DNA of 62,132 nt, filler included, from Choristocarpus tenellus KU-1152 (GCA_964200185.2; 11 parts of 11 records of this genome joined end to end with filler, not necessarily neighbours in it); one strand, 5' to 3'; positions 39,365-52,810 are shown, counted from the first letter of the whole stretch. Translations and numbers: made by a program. Notes: generated from the sequence alone by a model not told the origin.

Positions 39365-41954
39365 GTGGGGGGGGGGGGGGAGGAAGGTAGTAATGAGGAT
39401 CAAGACGTGGTGGTGCACGAGGGCAGGAGCCCCGTAAAGACAGAGGAAGAAGATGAGGCGGACAAGGAGTTTGAGGCGTTACTGTCGAGGACCATGGCTG
39501 ACAGTGTGGAAAAAAGCAAAATTGCACGCTCTACAACACAGGTTGTGTATGTATTCCGTATGTATGTATGTAAGTACATGTGTACATAAGGACCCCTATT
39601 GTTCCTTGGGTGTGGGCAATGGGCATCGAAGGTATGCAAGTTTTGTAATGGCGCAGGCGTCAATCTGACCCTGTTGTGTAGGATACCTTGCCTCCCTGTA
39701 GATCCGGTGTATGGCTTGTGTGCTCGGGGGGGGGGAGCGTGTGCCATTGTTGTGGTTCATACATTTGGTGTTATTGCAAGAGGGTGGTGTCATGATGAGA
39801 TCGTTTTTTGTTGATGAGCCCGTAAATAGATGGTGTTACTTTTTGTGTGAGACACGTTTGCTGTTGTTGAGCAGTGAGATAAGGAGCTAGCTGGGTGTGA
39901 TGTGTTTTCTTTTCCTCACCATGATCATGCCTGGTACCTGTAAGGTCTTGACCTTGGAAGGTGTCAGTTACTCCACAGATGTCAGCAGTATGTCTCAACA
40001 CTTCGGCACACCATATTTGGTGATGGTTATTGTTCAGGCAGTGCCCATCTGAGTACCCTTGCTGTTCATTGTAATATTTTTTTTCTGTGTCCCTTTGTGT
40101 CGGTGCGATTGATTGGTCAACGGCTGTGGCAGGTGATGGGGCACATGGCAGTTCCCATGCTGCCCAAGAACACCAACGTCCGGGCTTTGACCCAAGAAAA
40201 GCCTCTCACTGGTGAGGCGGTGTTGTGTGTGTGTGAAGATAGACACTGTTGCGATGTGGATCGTCATAGGCTTGTTGTGCTGGAGTGTTCTGTGGCGCTA
40301 TGGAGTTGTCGAACTGTGTCGATGGCTTGCTGTGTGTTCTCCATTGGCTATCCAATTTGAAGCGTTTCTGTAGGGAGATCTGGGGATGACTTTACTTTTT
40401 TTTTTCTATTGCTGGTTTTGGTGTTATTTTTTTTGTTTTTGGATTGCAGTACCTGCTTTTCAGTAGGACTTTTTTGAGTATTCATGAAAAGAGCTCGGAG
40501 GTTTTCCTTGATTGATTCGAGGCATGTGTGTGTGCGTGCGTGCAGTGTGTGTAGACAAAAAGAAGAAGGCAATTGTTCGATTGTTAAGAATCAAGCAATG
40601 GTTATCTTCATTGTTCTTTGAATTGGATTAATCGATACACGTTCTTTATTTTAATCATGGCGATGTGGGCCAGAAAAAAAAATAATATATATTTTTTCTT
40701 CTTCTACCTCTATATTTTTTTTTTTCTGGAACCTACAATATTTGCTTCGACAGGAGGCCAAGGGGTGCAGTTCAAGCTGATCAAGAGGGGTAATAAGGGC
40801 AAGCTTGAGGCACAGCAGATGGTGGTGCCAGAGGATACCTCCCTTGGAGCACAGGTTCATCGGAACGAGGAAGCCAGCAGGGAGGAGAGTCACATCATCA
40901 AGGCCAGGGTGAGGAATACAGTTGGCACAATGTACAACCCAAGATTAGGAGGGGTTTGTTCCCTCAACTACTGTGTGGAGGGACAGGTCTTGCTTGTTGA
41001 GAGGGTTTATGGTCTGGTGAGGGTTGCTCGTGGTACAGAAGGGTGTTTTTGTTGTCTTGTTGATGATGTGGGTTGTATATTTTGTTTTGATTCTTTGGAT
41101 TCCACGTGTTTTAAAGTGATGTTGTAATGTCTGTCCATCCTAGCTTCCGTAGCTCAGGCGTAAACAGGGATGCTCTTAGTCCACTTGCTAGTTTCTTTTA
41201 CTGTGTTTTAAGTCTATTTTTGTTTACTGAGGTCATGCTTTACTTTTTGTGGAACTTGATGTTTCGAGTTGTAGGTGCTTGCCTATGAGGCAAACATGGA
41301 AGCTATGAGCATGGCTGAGGAGTTTGGAGGTGTTCCTCCACCGGAAGACTACCAAAACTTCATCCCTCAGGTAATGGGATCAGTCTACAGAGTATGATGA
41401 CGAGGTCCTCGGTCTGTAAGATCACCAAGGACATACACATTGGCGTATGTGATGCACAGTTTGACATGTATCTGTTCAGTGAATGAGGAGCGTTTCAAAT
41501 TGTCAATTTCAAAGTATCAAGTCCTTACTGGTTCTGACCCTGGGGTAGAGAGATACCTAATTTTATGTAGTGAGGGAGTAGGTCCGTCTTTGCTTGGGTG
41601 ATACGAAATTCTTCTCATTGTCTGGTAGCACGGGTTGAAGTTCAAGTTTTGTTTTGAGTTGTTTTGGAATAAATGAAGACAGTCCTATAATGCACTCTCT
41701 TTTCTCAGTCGGCAGTTATTTTGCCCACACAGTACACCTCACCTCACCATACAATCCCCAACACCCTTTGCTCCCAAATTCTGGCATGTGGATGATTTCA
41801 ATTTTTTTGTTGACAATTGACAGATTTACAATGCCCCACTTCGGGCTGAAGATTTGAAGGGGGGTAGGGCCAGTCATGCCAACAGTGGAGGAGGGCGTGG
41901 TGGGGGCCGGGGAAGGGGCAGTGGTACCCCCGTGCTATTGACAAAGGGTGGGGG
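39365..41954 (+). CDS. UPF2: Regulator of nonsense transcripts 2 (UPF2), C-terminal exons (partial)
   Basis: Exons 39365-39541, 40133-40211, 40754-40908, 41275-41370 and 41824-gap, with compatible phases. Translation EEEDEADKEFEALLSRTMADSVEKSK..MAVPM..VQFKLIKRGNKGKLEAQQMVVPEDTSLG..EEASREESHIIKARVLAYE matches the Upf2 C-terminal (UPF1-binding) pattern. Confidence 0.85.
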
Positions 41955-42060
41955 NNNNNNNNNNNNNNNNNNNNNNNNNNNNNNNNNNNNNNNNNNNNTT
42001 AATTAATTAANNNNNNNNNNNNNNNNNNNNNNNNNNNNNNNNNNNNNNNNNNNNTCAAGG

Positions 42061-43780
42061 TCATAATGGTGTTTATGAAACCGCCATCAAGACATATCGC
42101 CTGTAACAGTCACACCGAGCGTCCAAGGGGGCAAAGCACACTTTCACGTCATGACTGATTCAATCAAGAACTATGAGACACAAAGAAGTGAGTCGGTCCA
42201 CTTCCACTTCCACTTCCACCTCCTCTTCATCTAGTAAGGAGAAGACGTCTGTACGAAAAGGGAAAAGAAGGCAAATACCAGCAACCCAAGGAGGTAAGGA
42301 GGGGAGTACCGAAAATATCCAACCTCTATGGGATCCTGCGTCTACACATGTAGTCAAAGGCACGGTTGGTGACTCACTTGAGCAGGAAGAGCAGCGCCTG
42401 AGGGAAGGCTCTGCCAACCCGGGCCTGAGCCGGTTTAGTGTGCTGTCAGAAGACCAAGAGAAGACTGGAGGAGGCAGTACAATGAAGACATTCTACATCC
42501 AAACATACATGGATCGACAAGTCGTGTACGCCAAGAAAAATCGTGGACGAAGCAATTGGCGGGACCCATCATGAACAGGGCTTAGTGGCGACTGCCAAGC
42601 AGACTTTAGATATGAAGATGAGTAGTCAACACCTGGAAAGTAATAGTTTACACTGCATCTGATCCACAAAATACAAGTCGCCTGGTCATCAAGTACCCAT
42701 CATACAAAGACTTGCCCTCAATGCGGTTTTGGGACTTACAAGAGCAGGGTTGCCCTCCAGGCCAAATTTTGGAACATTGTTCACTATTTTCAAGAACTAT
42801 AATGGCGCTATTGCTATGGTCAACCGCCAATCTGTTGATCCAACCCATGTAACCATTTATGATCAGATTTTGGGAGACATGTGCATGCGCTATTTCAACA
42901 TCAGATCCCTTGAGGAACTAGCACAAACCAGGCAAGCATTAAATCCTTCTATGAAACTCTAAATGTTTCTTCATGAGAAGATTTTGTCACGGCTAGCATC
43001 AAGGGATTTTCAGTTCCTAACCCATGGATAGAACTTTCCGCACATGATTGACGTAAGTCAGGAACCAAAGAAGGATGTAGGATCTTTTCCAAAATGAGTG
43101 ACTGAGTCCATTGATGCTTTTGTGCTTGAGTTGAGAATGAACCCCCAAGACCGGGCTGACCTCGATCCAGTTGAACTCACTCCGGACGAACTGGGTATCC
43201 TGCTCACTGACCGACTCTGGTGGTCATGTTAATTTAATGTGGGTGTTTTACCGTCAATCCTTGATGTATTACGTTCAACCGGTCAGCTGTACGAGAATTC
43301 TGCACGGTTGTGATGGCACCGTGGGTCAAGCATCTGCCATATCGACCTTGGATAGGAGCTTGTTTGGGATCGTTTGCTCATGTAGTCATACCAAGCATAT
43401 CTGTTGAAAACTTGGATAACTTCCACATGACAGACCTCAGATTCGCGGGTATAGGCTCCTTCTTAAACGTAGCGAAAGGTTTAGCTGCGGACTTGAAACA
43501 GGCCAAATTTGAGATTCGTCAAATGAAGGCAAAACGCCGTACCCCTGCAGGATAGCATACACCTTTATCTTTTCATGTTTTCATTCAATTTAAACTTCGA
43601 CTTGGTGACATATAAATGTCAGTCAGAGCAGTTGTCATACCAAACTTGGGAGTAGATAAATATCTATTGGAAAACTGCGTCATGTCAGCATCTGGGGCAG
43701 TGCTAGATTGAGATAAAGAGGATTTGTCGTTTAAAGACAGTGATACATGCATTCCAGCAACTCACAATATTATGCCATTT
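42061..43780 (+). mobile_element. Decayed Ty3/gypsy-like gag-protease remnant preceded by an LTR-like end
   Basis: Fragmented ORFs at 42173-42574 and 42729-42962; protease-C-terminal-like RAVVIPNLGVDKYLLENCVMSASGAVLD at ~43625-43710. The 47-nt block ending TGTAACA (42062-42108) recurs at 55159-55205. Confidence 0.55.
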
Positions 43781-44065
43781 CCCATCTGTTCCCCCCCAAG
43801 ACAAGTTTCTCAGACTGAAAACCCATCACCTCATATTTCAATTTAAGTGATCACATCTGAATTAACTACACGAGTATGTACAGGTTTCCTTATACTGGTC
43901 ATTTTCAGTCGACGCTTGGTAGAAGGTCTGGTCCGGGTTACACTGAAGGCCGTCACCCCAGGCATTGGGTACCACCATCGTGTTCAAGCAAACCGCCAAG
44001 GGTGTACTAGCCCTTTTAACGGGGCTCAGGATCTGCACATTTCTGTATATTGGATGATTGGCATA

Positions 44066-44297
44066 AGTACCACTGTGATGGGAGGTGATGAGAACCACCA
44101 GAGATGAGGTTCAGAAAGGAAGTGAAAGATGAGACTGAGGCATACTATGCGTATTAGCATGCAGATCAACCTTCACAGTGATCGGTTGCGACAGTGAGAA
44201 CCGAAAACACAATCTCGGGATTTGCTGGTTTGAATCCATCTTTCATGTCCAGTTTACCGCGAGCCGGTCGTGTGTCTGAACTACACCACATCACACC
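44066..44297 (+). mobile_element. SINE body copy retaining the AGTACCACTG head/body junction
   Basis: Same core and tail as the 34283-34848 copies. Confidence 0.65.
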
Positions 44298-44388
44298 TGG
44301 GTTGGCCTCAAGGATAAAAAGTGGAGTTGGAGTGTGGTGGATAGTATCCCTACCATGGTAGTTAGTACATAGATCTAAAATTCCAACA

Positions 44389-44460
44389 AGCTCCCACTGA
44401 GAGTCGAACTCAGGACCTACAGCTTACTAAGCTGACGCTCTACCACTGAGCTATAGGAGC
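44389..44460 (-). tRNA. tRNA-Thr (anticodon AGT)
   Basis: 72-nt cloverleaf GCTCCTATAGCTCAGTGGTAGAGCGTCAGCTTAGTAAGCTGTAGGTCCTGAGTTCGACTCTCAGTGGGAGCT with A and B boxes and TTTT downstream. Confidence 0.95.
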
Positions 44461-45024
44461 AACTATTACAATGTTGACTGGATTCATCCTTAACGAATCA
44501 TTGGTGGGTAACCAAAAATCTTTTGCTCGATCACAATTATCATAAATACTACAACTATAGTCAAAAAGTATAGTTTAAGCTGGAGACACCAAGCAGATGG
44601 CCAAGGAGGGACTTGTTAGATTCTTGGGATGCTTCCCTAGCTTCTCACCCTGGGGTGAGAGAACAGCTAGGTTAGAGTCACAGGAAGGCCGTGGTACAGC
44701 ATAGCCGGTAGTAAAATAGTATATAGATTCAATGCCTTTCACATTTACGACAACTGTTACTTTCTTAGGGATTTTTCTGACATGTGAACAGTTTTCATTG
44801 GTTTATCCCCTGACAAATCTGGAAATTTCAGAGGGCATAATAATAAATTAGTATACACATATCACAAAAAAGAATCACAATACAATATCCACATCGCAAT
44901 AAGTTCATGATCAGAATTATACTGACCACAAACCAAACCAGCGAAATTATATCAAACCCGTTGTGATGTATGTAGACGTAAAACCAATGAAATATTGTTA
45001 GTGGATGAGGGAAAGAAAGTGATC

Positions 45025-45096
45025 AGCTCCCACTGAGAGTCGAACTCAGGACCTGCAGCTTACTAAGCTGTCGCTCTACCACTGAGCTATAGGAGC
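45025..45096 (-). tRNA. tRNA-Thr (anticodon AGT), second copy
   Basis: Identical to the 44389-44460 copy except at the two bases of the top anticodon-stem pair. Confidence 0.95.
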
Positions 45097-48000
45097 ATAT
45101 GTTACATTAAATGTATGCAGTTAATAAAATAATATTTGATGTTTTGGTCGATTACAAGTATCAACACTCATAAATATTAGAGTATTATAATAGTATAGGA
45201 TGAACACACTACTAAGAAAAAATATATATAATATCAGATACACATCGTCATAAGTTCAAGAGCATAATTTTACTGGACAAACCAGCGAATCCTAAGGAAT
45301 AGTATAGCATGTATATTGGGGATCCTTACCTGTACAGCATTCACAGGCTCTTATGCTTATATTGTATACTACATACAGGGTATAACATATATCTTTGGGA
45401 TTAAGAGTGTCTCATTCATCGAAACTCAGGGAGAGATTTCCTATATATTGGTAATATTATCTGTTTCATTTTTTTTAGTGAGCTTTAAATTGGTAATTTC
45501 TTTCGGATGTTGTAGTTTGTTGCTGGTGGGAAACTTGTTGAAATGGAACACAATCTGACGCCGTGTCGTACGTTCGAGCCCTCTCTGTGAGTACATTCAG
45601 AGCAATGGAGGGAACCATGTTGTTCTAGTGAAAGGGTCTCACTCTGTGACGCAGTTTGTGTACAGATTTATTGTTTTGTCATATCATACATACATCATTC
45701 CGCCCTATCCTCAAATTGGAAATATACACTATATTTTCTCTTCGTTTATGATCTGATCTGTGATAACTTTATCCTGTCTGTCTCTCTGTATGCAATTGCA
45801 AGAATTTGTCGCAGTTGTTTCTACCTCTACTACTACTACTACTACTACTACACAAAATTGTAAGTATTAAGAGCGACAATAAATATTAATAATTGATAGA
45901 GCAGTGTTGGACGGATGAAAGAGGAAGAGGCATCAGGTCCTGGAGCAACACTCACTGTGAAATAATTGTTTCTCTAACGTGCACACGGCAGTTGTGGAAT
46001 CCACGCTCTGTTGGAGGCTCTTATCAAGGACAAGCTGATACATAACGAACAAGCCATAATACTGAGTCAAACCGACTAAGACGTAGGAAGAGTTGCATCT
46101 AGGATACTGTTAAAAGGAAAAAAATATACATTTTGTAGAACCTTCCAGATTACAGAATTGCGGTCTTACCTTGTTGGTGGAAACGGGAAATGTCAACTTT
46201 GTGCACACTTTAGTGCACATAAAGCAATGAAATGAAGTGTATTCCACAGAGTATAGATGATGGCTTGGAATGGTAAGGGTCCAAACCTGCATACCTCTCG
46301 ATAGATTTGGCACGCTCCTTCAAAACTTGTTGAGAGCCTTCAATGTAGTGTGGGATCCACACCTACTGTTTGCATGACTTGGGTATGTGTTGCACCTATC
46401 CAGCGGCACCACTCCATATATTATCTTGATTGATGTAGTGTTCTGTACCTCACCAATTCACAAAAGCCACCTGGTGATACGAACCCACCAGCAACAGTAA
46501 GCATTAGGGTCAGGAGGAAAGCAAAGACCACCGTGGCTTATAGCTCTTCCAAACCCTGCTGACAAGAGATGAGCTGATGTAATGGCGAGCGGACTACCAG
46601 CTCCAGTACAACAGTGGGAGCTGTCACGAGGATGATATAACGACTCAAAAGAACAATGAAAGCACCACTGCTTTCAATAGTGAAGACTATCACTACTAAC
46701 GCCGCCGCTAGTACTGTCACGATTAGGTAGTTGTATAATGATAAGAAGTACTACCACCACTACTCAGTGTCAGTGATAACTACTACTACCACCACCACTC
46801 ACTGCAAGTGAATGATGATGGGCACTATCCATTCGAGCACTTATCAGAATAACAGGCATGGTAATCAGACAGTGTTGCTCAAAGTGAGAAAAAAAAGCGT
46901 ACAAGTGTGGAAGAACAAACAAACGAGTAGAAGTACAGAGAAGAAACAAGGAAGAGAAGCAGCGTCAGTATCAAAGAAGAACATGATAAAAATAGTGTAT
47001 TTTCAAACATAACTACGTTACATTATACACAGTGTTTTTACTCACAAGTGCAACAAAACAACTATGCAAATACGATTAACGCACCTACCTAGGAACATCA
47101 GCGTTGCAGGTAACCCACCCACAAAGATCCCTCCAAGGAACACGTTGGAATATCAAAACATGAGCTAGACCACTTAACACTAACCCTAACACAAGCCCTA
47201 TCCCTAACTCCCAACCCATGCAATGCATGCAGTAGATTCATCAAAGAAATAAACAACTCACCTGGTGAAAGGCATTGACCATAACGAACACCTTGGGCTC
47301 AGCCCCTCCCAACCCCACTATCAAGAACTCTAGCGTATGTTGCGATAAAATCATATCTCGTCCAATGTGCTTTGCTGGGGAATGGTACAGGCTACCTTGT
47401 TCATGCCTAGGAGACAAGCAAAAGCAACGTACGGGGGTAGGTAGTGTCAATGACTATCAACCTACCAAGAATGCGACAGTCCAGGAGCTTTTCAATTTGG
47501 GTCAAAGCAGGACGAAGTTGCTGAGGAAGGCCGGACAGAGCATGTCATCGAAACAATGATAATCACCGGTATCCGTTCCTTTGTCTGTACTGTGGTCGGT
47601 TGGACCAAATCCTCCCCAACATTGTGGTGATGGGTCTCATTCTCAGCTGATGGACTGAACTCATCCCCAGCATGGTTCCCCAAGTCCGCATTATCAGCAA
47701 ACTGACTCGTGTCAAAATCGGCACTTTCCGCCATGGCTTATCATCCTGGGTAAGGGCACAGAGCAATCATCTTGGGGAAGCCCAAGGCACACACGATGGG
47801 TGACATCAGAGTAACGGATACTATTTCGAGTGTCAGGAAACGAGACTCATAAATAAGTTCCGATGTAGAAAGAATATTTTTTGAACCACTAAAAGCTGTA
47901 ACCAAGACTGGACGCTGGATGGAGAACTCTACTACGCCATTAAGACAACAGAGGAACATGCAATAGAGTTTATACTGTCTCCTACTCGAGCCTATACACA

Positions 48001-49268
48001 TTTGAGAAGGCTAGGTCAACTACACTTCATGACTATAGAGTTCTTCCTCATTGTTGTAGTAGTTACTCGTAGTTCAGAAGGGGTTTTGCGCTCAAACGGA
48101 GAAGGAGGTCGGACAGTAAGTAGACAGACATGTATTTTGTTATTGAGATTCTGTTCAAACAAATGCTTGGGAGATTATGAATTGTAGGGTCTTGTGTTAC
48201 AAAATCTGTTTAATAGTGGTACCAGGGGTTGTCCCGTCATAACCTTTGACGTAGATATCGGATTAAAAAATAAAAGCATAGTCGTGATGCCCGTCACAAG
48301 GCCCTCCAGATACGGGCTTCGTTTTGTTTTCACCATTTTTTTTTTTGAAAGAGTGCTNNNNNNNNNNNNNNNNNNNNNNNNNNNNNNNNNNNNNNNNNNN
48401 NTTAATTAATTAANNNNNNNNNNNNNNNNNNNNNNNNNNNNNNNNNNNNNNNNNNNNGGAAAAGTACACTTACATTATCCATCCGACGTATGTAACCAAA
48501 TCACCAAAAAAATCGCAAGATAAAAAAATCGGCCCCAAAGGGACAGCCGCTACCCCCCCCCCCCCAGATACTTTGAGTCAATAGCAAACCAAGGTGTGAC
48601 GACCCCATACAGGACATTACAGTATATGCCAACTCCAATCGTGAAGATGTCTTCTTCTCGCTATGGTAGGGAAGGAGGTTCCAGCTATCTTTACTTAGGG
48701 AGTGGTAATCATCACCAATGTTTTCTCAGGGTCGATAAATCCTGGTTAAGATTATCTTCTCTTTGCTGCTTTGCAACACCCTTCTCTTGGGCAACTCCTT
48801 GCTAGAAGGGAGTATGCACAGGGACTCTGAGAAAGGTTTGATTCTGAGGTGAATTGAATGCACCACTCGGTATATGGGCATCCCCCCCCCTTACACCTCC
48901 AACTGGATGTGCTTAGTCCAACAGTGGAGTTGAGTTGATTTTACTCTGTAATTGACTTCCCCCCAACACTATTTACTCAAGAGCAGTAACAGTCTCACCG
49001 CTGCCCCCCTTTTACATGCCGTTTCCTCTACTTCTTTCCATTTCAAGCACTTCCCACTCAAGAACTAGTTCAACCCTGCTTCCCATGTTGATGTCTACAA
49101 GTTGGGCATGGTGCTGAAGCAAAGAGACATGAAAAACTGGACCACTCCATGTTATTTTTTTTAATTCTTCAAGAAATGTGTCCAAGTCTCTACCACCATT
49201 GCCATGCCTGCTGATTTCTCATGGAACTGTGTGTGTGGATGCCTTTAAAAAATGTTTCTGCGGACCAG

Positions 49269-50918
49269 GATATCCGCCCCTCACCAAACCCGGGCCAGGA
49301 GCTCCAGCGAGCGCTTGTGTCTCTGGGACGCGATGACTGGCCAGATATTTTCCATACCCTTAATTCGGTGAGATGTTATTTGACAAGAACTGGCATAGAA
49401 TTAAAGAAATGGGTATATCCGATTTACAGGCGGGCCAATGCCTACCTAGGTGATGTGAGCTCTGGAGACTATTATATAGCTGGGGATGAGGTTCTGAGTC
49501 ATGGAACCAATCACATTTCGAAACGGAGTCAATTCAGAAGCTCAATGCTGTAGTATCCTGCAAACAGGTCTGACACCGCCCTCCATAATCTTCAACCCTC
49601 TCTCTGATGCTTCCGCCCGGGTTGGATTTTTCTCAGGTGCGTAGGCTGGCTCTTCACCATGGCCTGCTATTGGAACAGCACCTCCACGCCCTCGTCAGAG
49701 ATGTCCTGAACCAGGTGAGCTTAAGGAAAAACATTTTCCTAACAATATTCAGCATAGAGTAATCAACATACCCACCCGGAACATATCGTACCTTTTCTAC
49801 AATGTGCCGAAAAAATTCGAGTCGCGTAAGGCCATCTATGGTACATGTATACCACCCTAGATGAGCCAAAGCACCTTAGAGGGTAGAGCCACGTCCAATT
49901 GGGGGTCAAAATCCAGTGTTGCGAGTTTGATCAAATTTTGACTACCGTGTTTGTTACCAAGTGTTAATATCCTTCTTCCGGACACACACATTTTCCTAGC
50001 GTATACATTTTACCTACTCCGAAACTTTTCAGAGTAGGTAAAACGCCAATAAAAACCCTTGGGAAGCCAAGCTCCAAATGGACAAACAGGGAGCAAAGCT
50101 CGTACCCTCTAAGATACTTTCACTCAGATCCTAAACTTCCGCGTCACGTAGGTAGTGCTTGATGTAATTGTTCTTACGGACGAGGCTTATCAGTAGTGCT
50201 GTTGAAATAGTTGTAGGAGTAGTTATATTTTTCCAGTATTCCAGTCCAAATGTCTTAGTGATGCTCCAATCAGTTACATGTGGCACTGAAAGTTTACTGT
50301 GTGATGTCACATTGTTGGTGCTCCCACCAGTAGAAAATTACTTGAGACTAGGTTAGAATTGCATTGAGGCACAAGGAAATAGTCGGACAAGACACAGCAA
50401 TACACCCAAAATTATTGAACTTGGCAGAGATTAAAAAAAGGGTTCAAGTATGACACCCGTGCCCACCTCATACTCATGCTTGCTTCCTTTCCACAAGGAT
50501 ATTACATGTGGAAGTGTCGAAATGTTCCCCTTACTCTAATGCCCACATTTATCGGCCTGGGATGTTGGAAAACACATCACCAAAATTAACACAACTATCT
50601 GAAGCAAGCTGTATTCGAAAGTGAACAATCAACATAACCCGACCCTCCTACAAAAACAGCAGGGAACAAAACAGCTACCAACTTTTTTGGGGGGGGGCAA
50701 TCTGAGCAAGAATTAACCAGTGACTCCCCACCCCATCCCAACCTATGATAAAGGTTGAGAACCTTCGCTCTCAGGTGTCCAAGAATGCCATCCTAACACT
50801 TCGGGATATGTGGCAGTTCTTGGGGAGGGCCTTGGACCCTGAGCTCCCCTTGGCTTGCCCAGTATTGGTAAAGAAAAGCGGAGATAAAGTGGAGTTTCTG
50901 TCAGACGCAGCATATGAG
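49269..50918 (+). CDS. Partial spliced gene: TOG / CLASP-N HEAT-repeat domain (TOGARAM/FAM179-like)
   Basis: Phase-0 exons 49269-49367, 49637-49714 and 50754-50918 give ...LGRDDWPDIFHTLNS|VRRLALHH..LHALVRDVLNQ|VENLRSQVSKNAILTLRDMW..LVKKSGDKVEFLSDAAYE, with the TOG HEAT-A Trp and the NLRSQVSK motif. Confidence 0.85.
49863..50125 (+). mobile_element. MITE family B, in the TOG gene intron
   Basis: Both TIRs present; AGAT duplicated. Confidence 0.88.
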
Positions 50919-51091
50919 GTGAGACTTAATAGGTATCATCTTGAAAGCTAGATATGAGGGGATTGTGGGCAGAGAAGACTTCAGGGATGGCCCCATCAGT
51001 TCTACCAAAAAAACACCCTTCCAAGTTCCTCTCAGGCTGCATCTCTGAGAGAGAAAAAAATGTTTTTGCACTGCAGTTAGGTGTGTGTAAG

Positions 51092-51246
51092 ACGGCTGCC
51101 CATTCGGGCCCCATTGTTCCATATCGCGATTTTTTGGATGATGTGGTTGTATGTGTCAGATGGATAATGTAAGTTCACTTCTCCTGGTCAGGGCCCGAAT
51201 GGACACCCTGGTGTAGACCGCCCTCCCCCCCCAGATACTTTGAGCC
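51092..51246 (-). mobile_element. MITE family A (reverse orientation, one end decayed)
   Basis: Reverse-complement match ending CCAGATACTTTGAGCC. Confidence 0.75.
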
Positions 51247-51545
51247 TGCTTATTTGTTATTTACGTGTGCTTTCTTTGTGCTATATATTCTTGCATTGAG
51301 TATGTATGTGTCCCTTCTTCAGAGGCATTTCACCATGATGGGCATATTTCCCAGCAAACAACTTCCCTGGAGAAACTTCTTTCTGAACTTAGCAGCAGTC
51401 CCCTGGAAGTGTGAATACTCTTCTTGTGCGCGCAGATGTTATATGGTACAGTCTGGAAGGTATTGAACTGCCGTTTTGTTCAAGAATCGACATTGAAGCC
51501 TACAATTAAACAACATTGTTGTTGCAGTTGATGAGTCTCAACAGT

Positions 51546-51725
51546 GGGTTGAAGTATCTGGGAGGGGGAGGGGGGTCTACAACAGGGTGTCCATTTGGGT
51601 CAAAATCAGGAAGAGTGCATGTACATTATCATTCGACGTATGCAACCACCTCACCCAAAAATCGCGACATGAAAAAATTGACTCCAAATGGACAGCCACC
51701 ACCACCCCCGCAGATACTTTGAGCC
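51546..51725 (+). mobile_element. MITE family A
   Basis: Family A body; AGT duplicated on the flanks. Confidence 0.85.
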
Positions 51726-52149
51726 AGTACACAAACTCCTACGTCCAATGACGGCCGAAAACTAATCAAACCCAACTAGTGGACATCACCCTCTAGCACT
51801 AACCCTTGCAAAGACCTATTGATTACTTCGAAGTAGTAACCATGCCCTGCACCTGAGTACACTCTATGTACCAATCCAGAGGGTCTTGGAGCACTTCATC
51901 GTAGTATCCACTCTGTGAACGTGGTCAAGGATAGACTTCCCAGCGTGCAAGGTGACCTCCTTACCCCCCCCCCCCCNNNNNNNNNNNNNNNNNNNNNNNN
52001 NNNNNNNNNNNNNNNNNNNNTTAATTAATTAANNNNNNNNNNNNNNNNNNNNNNNNNNNNNNNNNNNNNNNNNNNNCTTTACAACACCATGATTCCTCTT
52101 CCTTCGTAGTCTATGTATCATATACAATGCATTCGATTCAGGTTTCAAC

Positions 52150-52258
52150 AATCAACACTATGAGTCAGTACATACAATATATGTGTCAATGGCTCTCCAT
52201 CCTATTATCTAATCCACCAGTGGTGTCTACATGTATCAGCAGCACTATCTACGAACAC
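52150..52258. repeat. ~110-bp direct repeat also present at 54889-55000
   Basis: ATCAACACTATGA..GTCAATGGCTCTCCATCCTATTATCTAATCCACCAGTGGTGTCTAC..CTACGAACAC in both places. Confidence 0.9.
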
Positions 52259-52431
52259 TCTCCCATGCTGCGCAGACACTATACACCCTTAGAATCTACT
52301 TCTCTGAAAACTTGAAAGAAACAAACTTTTGCTAACTCTCTCAAAGACAATGCAATAAATATACCCTAATATCAAAATTGACATTGGATCTGTGTAGGTA
52401 CAAAAACTCAGTTATCAATCTAAACCTTTAT

Positions 52432-52810
52432 CCTACTGCAGCCTCCGGTGGAAACATTATGGGGTACTTTCTCCTGCAAGTCCTTAGTGATGTCCTATTG
52501 CGTCTCCCAAAATCCATGAAATGGCAGGGTCCTTAGGTATACATCCAGCGTCTCCTACAATCAACGAAACCTCCCTAGTACATCACTACTGCAGATCACT
52601 GGAACACAGATCCTACCTCATATCTGCCTCCCTATTGTAGCCTCCAGTGGAAACATTATGGGGTACTTTCTCCTGCAAGTCCTTAGCGATGTCCCATTGC
52701 GTCTCCCACAATCCATGAAATGGCAGGGTCCTTAGCAATACATCCAGCGTCTCCTACAATCAACGAAACCTCCCTAGTACATCATCACTACAAATCTTCG
52801 GAACAAAGTA
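52432..52810. repeat. ~199-bp tandem duplication
   Basis: GGAAACATTATGGGGTACTTTCTCCTGCAAGTCCTTAG...CAATCAACGAAACCTCCCTAGTACATCA occurs twice; a partial third unit runs to ~52930. Confidence 0.9.

Noticed and set aside
47178-47210. TAACCCTAAC telomere-like motifs (also near 11470)
   Set aside because: Only one or two degenerate units; insufficient to call an interstitial telomere.
51323-51466. Possible next exon of the TOG gene after CTTCTTCAG
   Set aside because: The phase-0 translation does not continue the HEAT-repeat pattern.
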